Assembly: GCA_047495785.1 (NCBI GenBank)
Contig: JBLDXI010000019.1
Span: forward strand, 3,286,001-3,350,000
Length of the DNA: 64,000 nucleotides
From: Lepidodermella squamata
Lineage: Eukaryota > Animalia > Gastrotricha
Reading direction: 5' to 3'
Positions 49,539 through 62,239 of the stretch are shown here, piece after piece; within the stretch, counting starts at the first letter, position 1; every line of letters begins with the position of its first letter. The notes under the pieces were generated by a model that was given only the letters and a program-made list of their open reading frames with translations, ran no database searches and was not told the DNA's origin. Both the position numbers and the translations under genes were made by a program.

Positions 49539-51729
49539 CTATTTGCTGAGCTATCGGACTGCTCTGGAGCGTTAGTTGGATAAGAATTCCAGCAGGTAAC
49601 AAAGTCGCCCCGCTGATTACACCCACCGTCATCGGTAAAAATTCCGGAATTACCAGATGTTTCCGTTGTTTCACCTGATAACACAGCAAAAGGGCAAAGA
49701 GAAGTAGAATCTCCGCGAACCCTCCAATTATCCCCAAAATAGCCAAACCGACGTACGAAGCAGAAGAGCTGTCCATGCATTGAACGAAGAATGCGACTAA
49801 TACCGTGTCAGAAGCGTCATCATACGCGGGTGCTGTGGCGAGTGCTTCCACGCATTTCGTGTCTCGGGTGAAAATCCACCCAATTATGAGGATAAACGTA
49901 GCTGCAACTGATGGAGCGGAATATTTCAGTGCTGACCTTTCAGCATTAATTGATTCAACAAAAACAGGATTCTGCTCGAAGTACGTAAGACGTTTCGCAT
50001 TGAAGGTGCTCTTACGGCGAAGTCTAGCATGGTCTGTAACATTTTTGGCTTGAAAATAAATCGCAATAACACGATAGGCTGCAACGTTAAGAGCGATAGC
50101 ACCGCCTAAGGACAATAGAACATATGAACTGTTAGCTATTACAGAGCTAGTCGAATCTCGATTTAGAGAAAGCGTCACCGCGGCTGCGCATAAAATCAAA
50201 CTACCAGACAAGCTGAGGACTTTCAAGGCTCTCAGGTATCGACTATATGAATTGCCGAATGCTACCGCTATTGCACCAGTCGTAATGAAAAGAGCTGTTA
50301 AGGAGACTAGGATCCAAATAACTATAGAGCTGCTAAGGGGGTAATTCAGAACTATCTGTTTTACCAGCGGAGAATCTCTCGGTGGAGAACCAGTTTTCCA
50401 AAAAATTGGCGTGGTTTCATCCTTCCTGAAATTCTCTAATTCCTCAGCATCGCTTGTTTTAGTAAGTAGCCGTTTGATAATCATACGCGTGGATAGGCCA
50501 GTTTGTGGTGACCATTGAGCGATGAGCCCAGCATCGCCAACCAGTTGCCCATCCGTGTCATAGAACGTCTTGCCAACTCTAACTCCGGTAAATTCATTTG
50601 AGGCGAGAGATCCTCGAGCCAATTCGCCCACTAACTTCGGATTACGAGCATAGTCCCTGAGCGATAGATTGAACTTGGCTTGTAGAATGCTCTCAGTTCT
50701 GTTCAGGGTGATCAGGGCTGTGGTCAATGTGTCTCTCATTGTGTAAGCCTGGAATAGGTCGTCGCCGGGTGAATGGCCTTTACTCATCAAATATCGATCA
50801 AACTCAGCTCCTGTATCTCCTAGATCAGTGATTTTCGTCGGATACAAAGGTCTAGTAACCAGACCATAGAAAAATGTCAACCTATACTGAGCAGCCAGAA
50901 TATCTGATGTACATCCAGGCACATTCAAACTAACGTAAGCTGTCGTAGGAACAAGGTAGACAAACCTAGAGCCAGTCAAACCCATTCTGAAAGCTTGGCA
51001 CAGCAGTTGCGGAGTCAGGATAGGATTCGCAATTGAAACATAAATTATTCGAACACCAGATGCTTTCAATGGAGCCAGAGAGTCCTCAGTGGCCTCTGAT
51101 AACAAATCGAAATAAGGGACATCGAAGCCTTTCTCTGTGGCGAGTTCATGCAGCAACTGAGCTTGGGATAAGTCAAACGCAGATGCTGAAGTTGCGATAA
51201 TGCCGAATCGTCTCCACCCACCGATTAGTCTCATGAAGTTGAACATCGTAACCGCCGTATTTTTTGCATGACCGACAGTGAGATAAAGATTGGGGTACAG
51301 CTTTCGATCGGTTAGGAAATAGGCGGCACACAGTGGGCTGATAGCAGTCGAGTCGAAGTGTTGAATAATTTGTCCGATCGATTTGCAGCCAGTTGAAAAT
51401 GTCGATCCGATAATGATCGGTGATTGTAATCCTGACTCTCGTCTGTGGTCGATAAAATGCTTCACGGCGTACGAGCCTCTATATTCATCACGCTTGTCCA
51501 GCTCGATGGTGTAGTCGGGCAACAGGTCGCTTCGAGCATTCGCTTTTTCAATGACGTAGTCAATAGCGCTAGCCGAAGCCTGGGCTTGTTTTGGGTCCAT
51601 ACCCCAGACGGCTGTGAGGAAAAGCAGTCGCAGTGTAGTGTTTTTCTTGCTTGGCGATTCCAAAGCCACGCTGGTACTATGAATTGCGAAGACAATGCAG
51701 GCAAGATGATACAATAATTTCATTTTCAT
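49447..51729 (-). CDS. Intronless GABA-B-like class C GPCR (signal peptide, Venus flytrap/ANF-receptor domain, 7TM), 760 aa
   Basis: NARSDLLPDYTIEL, IIIGSTFSTGC, LTDRKLYPNLY, GWRRFGII and F.GV.G motifs. No cysteine-rich linker. Seven TMs with GABA-B-like LLSLG..AYRVIAIYF, LLLFALLLCYQVK and VIP. Confidence 0.9.
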   Translation of the reverse strand: MKMKLLYHLACIVFAIHSTSVALESPSKKNTTLRLLFLTAVWGMDPKQAQASASAIDYVIEKANARSDLLPDYTIELDKRDEYRGSYAVKHFIDHRRESGLQSPIIIGSTFSTGCKSIGQIIQHFDSTAISPLCAAYFLTDRKLYPNLYLTVGHAKNTAVTMFNFMRLIGGWRRFGIIATSASAFDLSQAQLLHELATEKGFDVPYFDLLSEATEDSLAPLKASGVRIIYVSIANPILTPQLLCQAFRMGLTGSRFVYLVPTTAYVSLNVPGCTSDILAAQYRLTFFYGLVTRPLYPTKITDLGDTGAEFDRYLMSKGHSPGDDLFQAYTMRDTLTTALITLNRTESILQAKFNLSLRDYARNPKLVGELARGSLASNEFTGVRVGKTFYDTDGQLVGDAGLIAQWSPQTGLSTRMIIKRLLTKTSDAEELENFRKDETTPIFWKTGSPPRDSPLVKQIVLNYPLSSSIVIWILVSLTALFITTGAIAVAFGNSYSRYLRALKVLSLSGSLILCAAAVTLSLNRDSTSSVIANSSYVLLSLGGAIALNVAAYRVIAIYFQAKNVTDHARLRRKSTFNAKRLTYFEQNPVFVESINAERSALKYSAPSVAATFILIIGWIFTRDTKCVEALATAPAYDDASDTVLVAFFVQCMDSSSASYVGLAILGIIGGFAEILLLFALLLCYQVKQRKHLVIPEFLPMTVGVISGATLLPAGILIQLTLQSSPIAQQIALGYSCLVVSVLASLSVVIPSLQQHASGSR

Positions 51730-52976
51730 AATGTGTCAAAAATACATGATGTGATTTCGCGCTTAACTCTCACCTTGAATGTCGAAAAATTTGCCTTAAT
51801 TAGCATGATCATCGCTACCCTCACTTTTTACGATCCGTCGTTTTTACATCAGGTATTTAGGCTATATCGTAATTTGCAACATAATCTGAATCAATTTATA
51901 TTGATTTATGTTGTGCTGTTAGACCCTATTACAATGGCGAATCTTATAATAGGTATACCTCCGAGACATAAACGTTGATTTTCCTGTTTCTATTCGTTAT
52001 ACATCCACCGATATCCGAATCAAATCTTCAAGTCACAACCAAAAATTATTACATAAGCTGGGTTAGAGACCTAGAAGGCATTGCGACATTATGATTAGGT
52101 ATGTCACGCATGGCTTTAATTGAAGTTTGGCAACAAGCCATTACTCATTATCCTTGCAGTTTGCAGTACGACGATGGCATGTTAATTTGGATTCACTCGA
52201 GCTTGGTGCCATTCGATATCACTTCATTTATATACCCAGGAATAGTTCCTTCAATTAACAAGACATATTTGCGCTATTAATCTTCGAAGCATGAACTTGA
52301 AAATGTGTATGCAGCTAAAATGAGTAACTCATGGATGATCGTGCTGAGAACCATTATAGCTTAATCATCTCAAACGTTCCCAAGCGTAAGAGAGCTTAAA
52401 GACGACGAAATGACATTCTGCGAACCCAACATGAACTCCTCTTGCAACATGAATGGACGCAAATGCTGCTGTTCACCGGCGATAGGTCGGGCATGAGCAT
52501 GCTATTATTATTTATTATGTCGAAATTCCTCGACCTAAAGTCTGGGGCCGGCCTGTCTGAGAAATGGAATAGCGTTCGTTTCCAAACTTTCGGTCAGTTT
52601 TCGGATGTTAAAAAACTAGGCCTAGATCGTTAACAGATATTTTGAATAAGTGAGGGTCAATAACGTCAGGAAACACGGATCAATTCGTTATACTCGATAC
52701 GTGCGCCGGCATAGGCTGTTACAATGCCAGAATAGAAATTTGTCGTCGCCTTCGCAAATGTACATAATGCTTTTGCTCTGAATCACGCGATTCGCTTGCA
52801 ATGTTAATTAAAAATTCCTGGAAATATTACCGCTAAGCAGAATTGTTAGATATGTTAACTGCTAGAACAAACAGCTTTTCTTGTTTGTCGCTAGCCCTCA
52901 TATGGCACCTGGGTTGTGTTAAAAATTGATAAATTGGGGACACCCCATGCAGACCCAAATTTCGCCCCTTTTCGCT

Positions 52977-53968
52977 CAAGGGAAGGAGGCGAAACTGGAT
53001 TAATGAACAATGGTTTTTAATCCGTGTCCAAGCACACAGAAGCGAGAAAAAGACATCGAAAAGTGTGTTTTACGAAAGTGCAAAAAATTGAAATTGAAAA
53101 AATCACCCTGCATCTTTCCATGCAAAAGTATCGTAGGGGATAACTCATCACGTAGGCCTCCGATTTTCGATTTGAAAATATATTCTTACTCGTCTCAACG
53201 AGTAGACCACGATAGGCTATTTATTTTTGAAAATTACCCTGAAACTTTATTTTGTCAAATTGTCAAAGTTTCCGTTATTTCTTTAAATATTTTTGGCTAT
53301 GGAAAACATTCGTTTTTCATTTCATTTTATGGCTAAATACTAAATATAAAAAGATCGCATGTTTGGACCTCTCGCGACAGAACTCGGGTTAATTTCGAGT
53401 TATTTGCATTTGTTAGTTTTATTTATAGTAGGCCCTCCGCCGAGCGGCGCTATAGGCTCGAGTTATTTGAATGAAAAAGATTGGCTCGTCAAAAGAAGAA
53501 AAATTTGATATTAAATATAATAATTTTGACGAATTTTGATTTTTGTGTCTATTGTTTCAATGTAAAGAGCCTAAATTTGTTGGTTCTTGAGTTTCCCAAT
53601 ATGTAATGCGAAATAAGCTGCGAAATCAGTAACGCCGAGTGAAACGTGTTTTGCATATTACAATGAATCATGCAAAAAAAGATAAACACCTCAGCTTTGT
53701 AGGCTAAATTACCATAAAATTTAAAATTTCGCGCCAAAAAAACATTTGTCAAGCTCGAATTTTCAAAAAATAGCCTATCGTTATGAGAAACACGTGTTTA
53801 GGTAAACTGGAAATTATCAAGTCGTGGAAATTCGTATTTCAATAGTTATCCCCTAATAATCGATCAAGAAAATCGATGAAATTTCGGCACACACTTTTGA
53901 GGTCTTTTTCAAAAAAATTCTGAACGCCAGATGGTGCAAAAATAATCCAGTTTCGCCTCCTTCCCTTG
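52977..53968. mobile_element. Non-autonomous TIR element with 8-bp TSD (P-element-like termini CAAGG...CCTTG)
   Basis: 25-bp TIR CAAGGGAAGGAGGCGAAACTGGATT. TTTTCGCT duplicated at 52969-52976 and 53969-53976. Confidence 0.9.
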
Positions 53969-54378
53969 TTTTCGCTGTCTCGCGCGCATGGTGCAAATTC
54001 AATATTTGAAATAGGTTCCAGCCTAATCCGGGCGGGCATTCTCATTCTCCATTCTCCTGAACACAACGGATTTAAATAAATATTGAGATGTTAGCAAGAT
54101 TAACAACAAAATGACGACTTTCTGCTGCAGACACCTGCAACGGTACGTTATCATAGGAAAATAAAAGAGAACTTGAAACTGAAATCATCAAGGACAATAA
54201 TCTAAATGAAGTCTGAAGCTTGCAATCTGTGTACGGCGCGATCGTAACGGATAGTCATCTGCTAATTGAAAACGTGACTATAACTAATTTGCTTGCAAGA
54301 GATTTTAACATCTTACACCGCAATCGCAAGAAGTACTGTAGCCGTCCCTTTCAGGAGATTAGAAGGTATCAGAATTCG

Positions 54379-55734
54379 ATGAACTATTCTTTTTTGTATA
54401 GCACTGGGCGATCATGGGTTCTCGTAAACCTGACAGAAAATGGCGACGTTAGTCCAAGGCCTTATTTTGTAGGATGGTACCACAATCTCGGCTTGACGAC
54501 TCTCGAATCTCGAATGCCGATTTTCATTCTGTTCGCCATCGCAACAATTCTAGTAACTGCCGCAAGCCTATGGAACTCAGTGGTTTATTACAAGCGAGGA
54601 GTTCGTCGGGACTTTCTCGTTCTAATTTCTGTTTTAGGGGCTACGAACACACGCTAGCTGCTCTGTTCACAGTTAGAACTGGACTTTGGGAGGCTGGAAA
54701 TGCAGGCTGTACATCTCTGCAATTTTGTATGATTTTAACATCGGCGAAACAACATCGTTTTCAAGTCAAACTTCGCTCGCCTGTCAACGCGCATCATCCT
54801 AGAGCAACTGGCCGCGACGCCGAAATATTCTCAAGATTACAAAATATTGTTACAACCTGGAACAACTTACAAATTAACTGCTTCCCTCCGAAATTCGACA
54901 TTCCCTTCTTCAAACAGAAGATGAACGCTCCAGGCCTAAGTCTTTAAATATTAAAAATTGTGATGTGGCCGAACATTCTTGGTAAATAAAAAAAAACCGG
55001 ATCATTCGGTCCATGGCTGTATATGCTGATAAGCAACGAAAGAAGACGTTGCTTGCTCTCGAAAAGAGTGAGGGTCTTTTCACTTCCTGAATACATTCTC
55101 CAATCATTTTTATATCAGATTGTAGTTGCTAACATTGTTGGTGTGTGTCTTTTCCGAGCGTTTTCCATGCAAGAAGTAGTTGTTCCCGAGTTGAACAACG
55201 GCACGGCTGTTCCATTATGCGGCGTATTTGGTTATCGTCTCGGAAACTACGATACCAGCATTCTACTCCTTGTTTACTACGCCATCGTCGTCGGGGTTCC
55301 TGGTTGCCTCATAGCCTACAATCATTGGTAAAGTTGCTTTTTGGAAACTAACCCTTTTCAACCTGTTACGCTACAGGCTCATTTTGAGAAAGTTTCGATC
55401 GATGAACCGACGCACAAGCCGTTGGGGTTGGCTCAGAACCAGACTCTCCCCTGTACACCCTTCGAACTCTTCGAGTGGAACATCGGGCGCTTTTCAAGCT
55501 AGATGGGAAACGCATGAGTTGTTCCTCGCTAAGCAAACTCTAATTTCGCTAGCACTATATATCACAGCTCGCTTTCCGGTCGTCGTAGTTCTGATTTTAG
55601 GGGTATTCATCGACGACCTGGGACCACGGCTGATAACAGCAGAAGTTTACCAGTCCTTGGTGTTGATTTACACGCTCGAGTCCAGCGTCAGCCCAGCCCT
55701 TCGTAGCCTCAGATCGGGATTTTTCCGCGATTGA
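54379..55734 (+). pseudogene. Class A orphan GPCR pseudogene (inverted relative to the array; closest to 7625-8871)
   Basis: MNYSFLYSTGRSWVLVNLTENGDVSPRPYFVGWY... Frameshift near 54650, retro-insertion, deletions at the end of exon 1 and in exon 2, premature stop at 55732-55734. Confidence 0.88.
54740..54995 (+). mobile_element. 5'-truncated non-LTR retrotransposon 3' end (CR1/L2-like) with poly(A)
   Basis: Interrupts TM3 (CMILT/GSFGPWLYMLI). Encodes FSRLQNIVTTWNNL...FFKQKM, like LINE ORF2 C-termini, and ends TAAATAAAAAAAAA. Confidence 0.65.
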
Positions 55735-57764
55735 TTTCAGGCGAAAATCGGCCAATTCATGTGTGCACCCAAATGAGCCAGACTTCAGCTGCAAATCAAA
55801 GGCAATGCGAGATAGATCCAAAACAATATGAAATTGTATGCAGTGACCTTGTTGACAGAGAAGATATTGCGTCCTGCTTAATTGATCTTTGCAAAGCTGC
55901 AGCAAGCTTATAAACTAACGATATTGTTCATACAGTCGAGGAACATCCCATAATATGTTTCGTTAAAGATTTTCGCCAATTCGTGGAACCCGCAACTGCT
56001 TGGAAGAGTACTCTCGCCTGATTTTATGAAGCTACAGCTCATTGTTGTGCGTATGGGAAGTACCAGGTAAGCAACTCATTTTTAAGATCGGAAATGAGAA
56101 CCATTTAAAAAAATCATATCATGGGGTTAGCGTTAGCATCGCGAACCGCTCTAAATGTCCGATTTTATATAAATCCTCGCGGAATCAGGCAAGAGTTCTC
56201 TTTCCAACGGATGCTGGCTCGAGGAATTGGCTCTACGAATTGGCGAAATGGCAAACAAAAAACTTCAAACAAAATTTTGGCACAGACTGTAGGTTCATAA
56301 AGCACTTTTTAAAATGGATATTCCATGTAGAAAACAGGTCCAAGACTTATGAAATCTCTCCGTTTTATCAACTCGAAAGCGGCAAAGATCTGGGGACCAT
56401 CTCATTCGGGGAGTAACAAATTGTCAAAATTAGCAAGATGGTCCATGGATCATATTTTCGATCGTTGCGAATTTATACTACTCATAAAAAAATGTATAAA
56501 ATGACCCCATGGACCGGCCACAAACGGCCGGGAAAAGCGAGTTTGCTCACAACTGCTCCAGGGCTTGAGTTGGGCAGCAGGGCAAATAGGAATGCTGTCA
56601 ACGACATCAAGAAATCGAAAATCCATTTACAGTATTCTTAGAGGGAAGGTTGCAAAGATGACCCGTTCGAAAACGACGGAAAAATGGAATAAAGAAAACT
56701 GACTCTTTATTGAAGAAAATAGGATGAAAAATGAAATTCATTTATATGAAAAATAAAATAATAAAGACATGTCTGTGTTTTATTTTGATTTTAAAATAAA
56801 AAATTGTTGGTGAAAAAGAAACGCCCTCATTGTTGTTAAAATCTTAAGTGTGGTCATCTGTCATCGGTTTCGATTTAACTTAGTAAACTCTAATCAAAAC
56901 TTGATCCGCAAATACATTGATATCAAAAATATCAAATTACACTAATTTTTTCTATCAAGTCTTTGATAATACCCGAATCACTCAGGTGGTATTTAAAATC
57001 AGTTGGACTTGCAATTAAACAATGGCGAGAAATTTTACCAAGTGGGTCAGGAGGGTGTGATTCGATGGTGATCTCGACGAAGAATGCCTTGTTTAAGATT
57101 CAAAAATAATCTTGATTATGTGAACTTACTGCAATACAGCAAAGGAAACTTAATTACTAAAAATAGTATTAAGGCTATATCATGATACATAGCTAATAAT
57201 GGCCCTTCTAGTTCTGTCAATATTAATTTTCGAATAAAATGATGATGACAGGGAGTGCAACGATACTGACATGGTAACTGACAACGATTAGCTAACAGCG
57301 ATTATTTATCGCCAAAATGTCTAGAATCATCGCAAAGCCAATATTCGCTACAAGTTTTTCGCTCGCATCCTTTTAGGACAAAATTTGATGGGATTTTGAC
57401 CGCAGACTAGACCCATCATTCGCTGGAAATCGCTGGAAAAAATTTGCAATACTTTATTGTTCTCGAGTAATCAAAAAAGTTCGGGGAAATGAACGTGCGC
57501 TCTCAGTGCTATTGTTTTGCTTGTACGCGCAGGGCATTTTATTGAAGGTGTGCGGGTCAATAAGTGCGCGCGTGCACGGCTTCAGACTTAAGACAAGCGG
57601 ACGGACCATAGAGATCAGATTAACCTGTAACCTGATCTCTATGAGACGGATAGACATTTCTGACTGTATAGTACCAGGTTTCACCTGGAATTTCGAGAAA
57701 AACCTTACAAAACATAAAATAAGAGATAAAAAATAATATGACTTCTAGTCAGAGAAAAATCGAA

Positions 57765-60035
57765 TCAGCGGCTTTTTGAAACAAATTGTTGCACGCTCGG
57801 AATGACGACTGATAAGGAGGCGAAAACTGAAACTACCAAGCAGGAGTAGCCGAGAGCTATTTGCTGAGCTATCGGACTGCTTTGGAGCGCTAATTGGATG
57901 AGAATTCCAGCAGGTAACAAAGTCGCCCCGCTGATTACACTCACTGTCATCGGCAAAAACTCTGGAATTACCAGATGTTTCCGCCTTTTCACTTGATAAC
58001 ACAGCAAAAGGGCGAAGAGAAGTAGAATCTCCGCGGACCCTCCAATTATCCCCAAAATAGCCAAACCGATGTACGAAGCAAAAGAGCTGTCCTTGCATTG
58101 AACGAAGAATGCGACTAATACCGTGTCAGAAGCGTCATCATAAGCGGGTGCTGAAGCGAGCGCTTCCACGCATTGCGTGTCTCGGGTGAAAATCCAGCCA
58201 ATAATGAGTAGAAATGTCGCCACGACTGATGGAGGAGAACATATCAGCGCAAGTTTTTCACTTGATTCAACAATAACAAGCTTCAGCTTCATCGCCTTGC
58301 GTGAGAGACTTTGACTATTGAATGTGCTCCTGCGGCCAGTCACATTTTTTGACCTAAAATATATCGCAATAACACGAAATGATGTGACGTTAAGAGCAAT
58401 GGAGCCGCCTAAGGACAGTAGAACATAAGAACTGTTAGCTATGACAGAACTAGTCGAATCTCGATTTAGAGAAAGCGTCACCGACGATGCGCACAACAGC
58501 AAACTACCAGACAAGCTGAGGATTTTCAGGGCTCTCAGATATCGACTATATGAATTGCCGAATGCTACCGCTATTGCACCAATCGTAATGAAAAGAGCTG
58601 TTAAGGAGACCAGGATCCAAATAACTATAGAGCTTCTTAGGGGGTAATTCAGAACAGTCTGTTTCACCAGCGGGGAATCTCTCGGTGGAGAACCAGTTGT
58701 CCAAAAAATTGGAGTAATTTCATCCTTCTTGAAATTCTCTGATTCCTCAGCATCGCTAGTTATTTTAGTAAGTAGCCGTTTGATAATCATACGCGTGGAT
58801 AGGCCAGTTTGTGGTGACCATTGAGCGATGAGCTCAGCATCGCCAACCAGCTGTCCATCCGTGTCATAGAATGTTTTGCCAACTCTAACTCCGGTAAATT
58901 CATTTGAGGCGAGAGATCCTCGAGCCAATTCGCCCACTAACTTCGGATGACGAGCATAGTCCCTGAGCGATAGATTGAACTTGGCTTGTAGAAGGCTCTC
59001 AGTTTTGTTCAGGGTGATCAGGGCTGTGGTCAATGCGTCTCTCATAACGTAGGCTTGGAATAGGTCGTCGTCAGGTGAATGGCCTTTACTCATCAAAAAT
59101 CGATCAAACTCAGCTCCTGTATCCCCTAGATCAGTGATTTTCGTCGGATACAAAGGTCTAGTAACCAGGCCATAGAAAACACCCAATCTGTACTGAGTAG
59201 CCAGAATATCCGGTGTGCAACCAGGAACATTCAACCTGGCGTAAGCTGTGGTCGGAATAAGATAGAAATACCTAGAGCCGGTCAAGCCCATTCTGAAAGC
59301 TTGGCACAGCAGTTGCGGGGTCAGGATAGGATCCGTAATCGAAATAAAAATTATTCGAACCCCAGATGCTTTCAATGGGGCCAGAGAGTCTTCAGTGGCC
59401 TCTGATAACAAATCGAAATAAGGGACATCGAAGCCTTTTTCAGTGGCGAGTTCATGCAACAACTGAGCTTGGGATAAGTCAAACGCAGATGCTGAAGTTG
59501 CGATAATGCCGAATCGTCTCCACCCACCGATTAGTCTCATGAAGTTGAACATCGTAACAGCCGTATTCTTCGAATTGGAGACTGTGAGATACAGGTTTGG
59601 GTACAGCTTTCGATCGGTTAGAAAATAGGCGCCACACATTGGGCTGATAGCAGTCGAGTCGAAGTGCTGAATAATTTGCCCGATCGATTTACAACCAGTT
59701 GAAAATGTTGATCCGATAATGATCGGTGATTGCAATCCTGACTCTTGTCTGTGGTCGATAAAATGCTTCACGGCGTACGAGCCTCTATATTCATCACGCC
59801 TTTCCAGCTCGATGGTGTAGTCGGGCAACAGGTCGCTTCGAGCATTCGCTTTTTCAATGACGTATTCGATGGCACTCAGCGAAGCTTGGGCTTGTTTGGG
59901 GTCCGTTCCCCACACGGCTGTGAGGAAAAGCAGCCGGAGTGTAGTGTTTTTCTTGCTTGGCGATTCCAAAGCCACGCTGGTACCATGAATTGCGAAGACA
60001 ATGCAGGCAAGCTGATACAATAATTTCATTTTCAT
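57765..60035 (-). CDS. Intronless GABA-B-like class C GPCR, 756 aa, close paralog of 49447-51729
   Basis: Colinear, highly similar protein. Differences concentrate in intracellular loop 2 and the C-terminus. Confidence 0.9.
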   Translation of the reverse strand: MKMKLLYQLACIVFAIHGTSVALESPSKKNTTLRLLFLTAVWGTDPKQAQASLSAIEYVIEKANARSDLLPDYTIELERRDEYRGSYAVKHFIDHRQESGLQSPIIIGSTFSTGCKSIGQIIQHFDSTAISPMCGAYFLTDRKLYPNLYLTVSNSKNTAVTMFNFMRLIGGWRRFGIIATSASAFDLSQAQLLHELATEKGFDVPYFDLLSEATEDSLAPLKASGVRIIFISITDPILTPQLLCQAFRMGLTGSRYFYLIPTTAYARLNVPGCTPDILATQYRLGVFYGLVTRPLYPTKITDLGDTGAEFDRFLMSKGHSPDDDLFQAYVMRDALTTALITLNKTESLLQAKFNLSLRDYARHPKLVGELARGSLASNEFTGVRVGKTFYDTDGQLVGDAELIAQWSPQTGLSTRMIIKRLLTKITSDAEESENFKKDEITPIFWTTGSPPRDSPLVKQTVLNYPLRSSIVIWILVSLTALFITIGAIAVAFGNSYSRYLRALKILSLSGSLLLCASSVTLSLNRDSTSSVIANSSYVLLSLGGSIALNVTSFRVIAIYFRSKNVTGRRSTFNSQSLSRKAMKLKLVIVESSEKLALICSPPSVVATFLLIIGWIFTRDTQCVEALASAPAYDDASDTVLVAFFVQCKDSSFASYIGLAILGIIGGSAEILLLFALLLCYQVKRRKHLVIPEFLPMTVSVISGATLLPAGILIQLALQSSPIAQQIALGYSCLVVSVFASLSVVIPSVQQFVSKSR

Positions 60036-60243
60036 GCCCTGTCAAAAACCTCCTCAGTCCTTTTGCTCTTGCACATCGCGAATGTCGAAAACAATCGTCT
60101 TGATTAGCATTATCATATAATATTCTACTGTTTTGCAGGTCAACGTTCACGCGTGCCCACGTGATCAAATCGTGTGGTCAAAACACGAAACTTTCAAGTT
60201 TTTGCTAGTGCGATGGTTTGGTTACTTCTCGTCATTTTGTCAT

Positions 60244-60470
60244 CTGACTTCTCTAGCACTATACATCACAGCTCGTTTTCCAGTCGGTTCTGGCGGTATT
60301 CATTCACTACCGTGGGCCAAAGTTCATATCAGCAGACGTTTACCAATCTCTGGTATTGATTTACACGCTTGAGTCTAGCCTCAGCCCAGTTCTTCGCAGC
60401 ATGAGATCGGGATTTTTCCGCGATTTATTCAAGGCTAAAATCGGCCAAATGTTTGTGCATCAAAATGAAC
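60244..60470 (+). pseudogene. Exon-3 remnant of a class A orphan GPCR
   Basis: LTSLALYITARFPV...ADVYQSLVLIYTLESSLSPVLRSMRSGFFRDLFK with frameshifts. Homologous to ~55540-55770. Confidence 0.8.
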
Positions 60471-60991
60471 AAGTCAGAATTTAGCTCCAAATCGTTGACT
60501 ATAGATCAATGCAACGTAGATCACATGTAATTTCGAGAAATGTATCCCTGATGGCCTGGGAATATCTTAGTGATCCAAGTGATGCCTAAACTGTGAAAAC
60601 TGTTTAACATGCCGTGACCACGTTGGCTGAGTCGTATATAGCGCACTGGACTGAACCCGAGGTTTATCTGACTCATTGATCATTATATAGCTCGCTGAGA
60701 AATTATATTGTGTAATTCCTACTCCAAACTTTGTTCAAACGTGATTATTTCAGATTCGACAAAACTTAACCTGACTCGGGGTATTCATTTTAAGAGCGAA
60801 GTTCGTGATGAATACCGCTTTTTCAGTTTATCATGGCGAATCACGGACACTTTGGACACTATTACATTGCCTAACAAACTTCTTATCACTTTAGTTACAA
60901 AACACGTTACCATTAAAAAATCAAACTCAGAAAACTGAGAAAATCGAACAGTATGAAATAGCTGTGAGCGATTTTCACTTCTCCCGAGAGC

Positions 60992-62239
60992 TCATATCCG
61001 GAATATTCTGCGGAAACATCTCAACTTCAATATATCATCATAGAATTCTGGTTTCAAGCTTCGAAAGGCCGGGCTTATGCTGGATTCGAGCATGAAAATC
61101 AGAATGCAAGCTTGATGTACGTCAGCAGTAACCCACTTCGGGCCAATATCTTCAATTAGTGTCTCCATAACAAAAACTGCCAAGAGCGCCACTCGAGCTG
61201 CCAAGTAGAAACCGAGTGAAACGAGTGACTGTTTCGCGAAGAATAACTCCCGAGTCTGCCAGTTACTCAGCATTGTTTCTGACGTAACGAGAGATGGATT
61301 CGGAGAGGGGCACACTTTCAAGCTTGGTACTCCTTTAACTTTCTCCCTCCTCCATTTGCCAAATTGATGTGTTATTGCTCTGAATTTTCTGAATATCAAC
61401 CTGAGGCGAAAAGATGGGCGATACATTAACTACTAGATAGCTTGATCAATCGACTCACCAGTTGTTATAAGCAATTGCAGCACCAGGAGCTCCGACAAGA
61501 AAGCCATAGTAGGCCAGAATTAAAATTGTTGTATCTGTCGCACCGAGGCGGTATCCAAATACACCGCACAGTGGAATCGCGGTTCCATTGTTTACACCAG
61601 GAACGACGAGCCATTTCATATTCATTGCCCTGAATGGGTATAGGAACAACGTGGACCACATGAAAAAATACAATAAGACACCAGCTACGGCTAGAAACGC
61701 AACCTGTAATAGCGAAAATTTGACCTAGAATCAATTTAGACAAAATGACGACTTGCCCGCTTTGAATTAGCAGAATTAGCTGAAACACTTCCATCAGACA
61801 TTAGACATAGCCGGCTTTCATAACTAACCAGCATGTACCACCAAGGTGTTGTTGAACCGATTACAAACATGAAGAAAGGCAGCACGGTACATGTCGTTGG
61901 TCCTCCGCTCCAAACGCCAGATGGTAAGCTGAGCCCTAATAGGATTGTATACATAACGGCGAGTGCGGAATTCGAGCCGCCTAGGAGACAGATCAGAATG
62001 AGAAAATCACGCCGTACCCCTCTTTTATAGTAGACAATCGCGTTCAATGTGCTGGCAACTGATGCCATTAACGCTGCGAATGAGTACAGGAGGAACATTG
62101 GCAACCTCTGTTCGATGGTTGTTTTCCCGAGATCGTGGTACCAGCCGATGAAGTAGGGTCTTGGTGCCGTATCGCCATTTTCACTAAAATTAGCGACAAT
62201 CCATGATTTTCCGATGTTTTCCGAGGCTGAATAATTCAT
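60992..62239 (-). CDS. Class A orphan 7TM GPCR, 378 aa, 3 exons (62239-61757, 61703-61459, 61400-60992); first intron GC-AG
   Basis: Paralog motifs. Donor GCAAGT at the conserved NSKR position, exon 2 of 245 nt, open frame of 1137 nt. Confidence 0.88.

Noticed and set aside
49805-51717. Plus-strand ORFs overlapping the class C GPCR (and the similar antisense ORFs over class A genes)
   Set aside because: Antisense shadows of real coding sequence.
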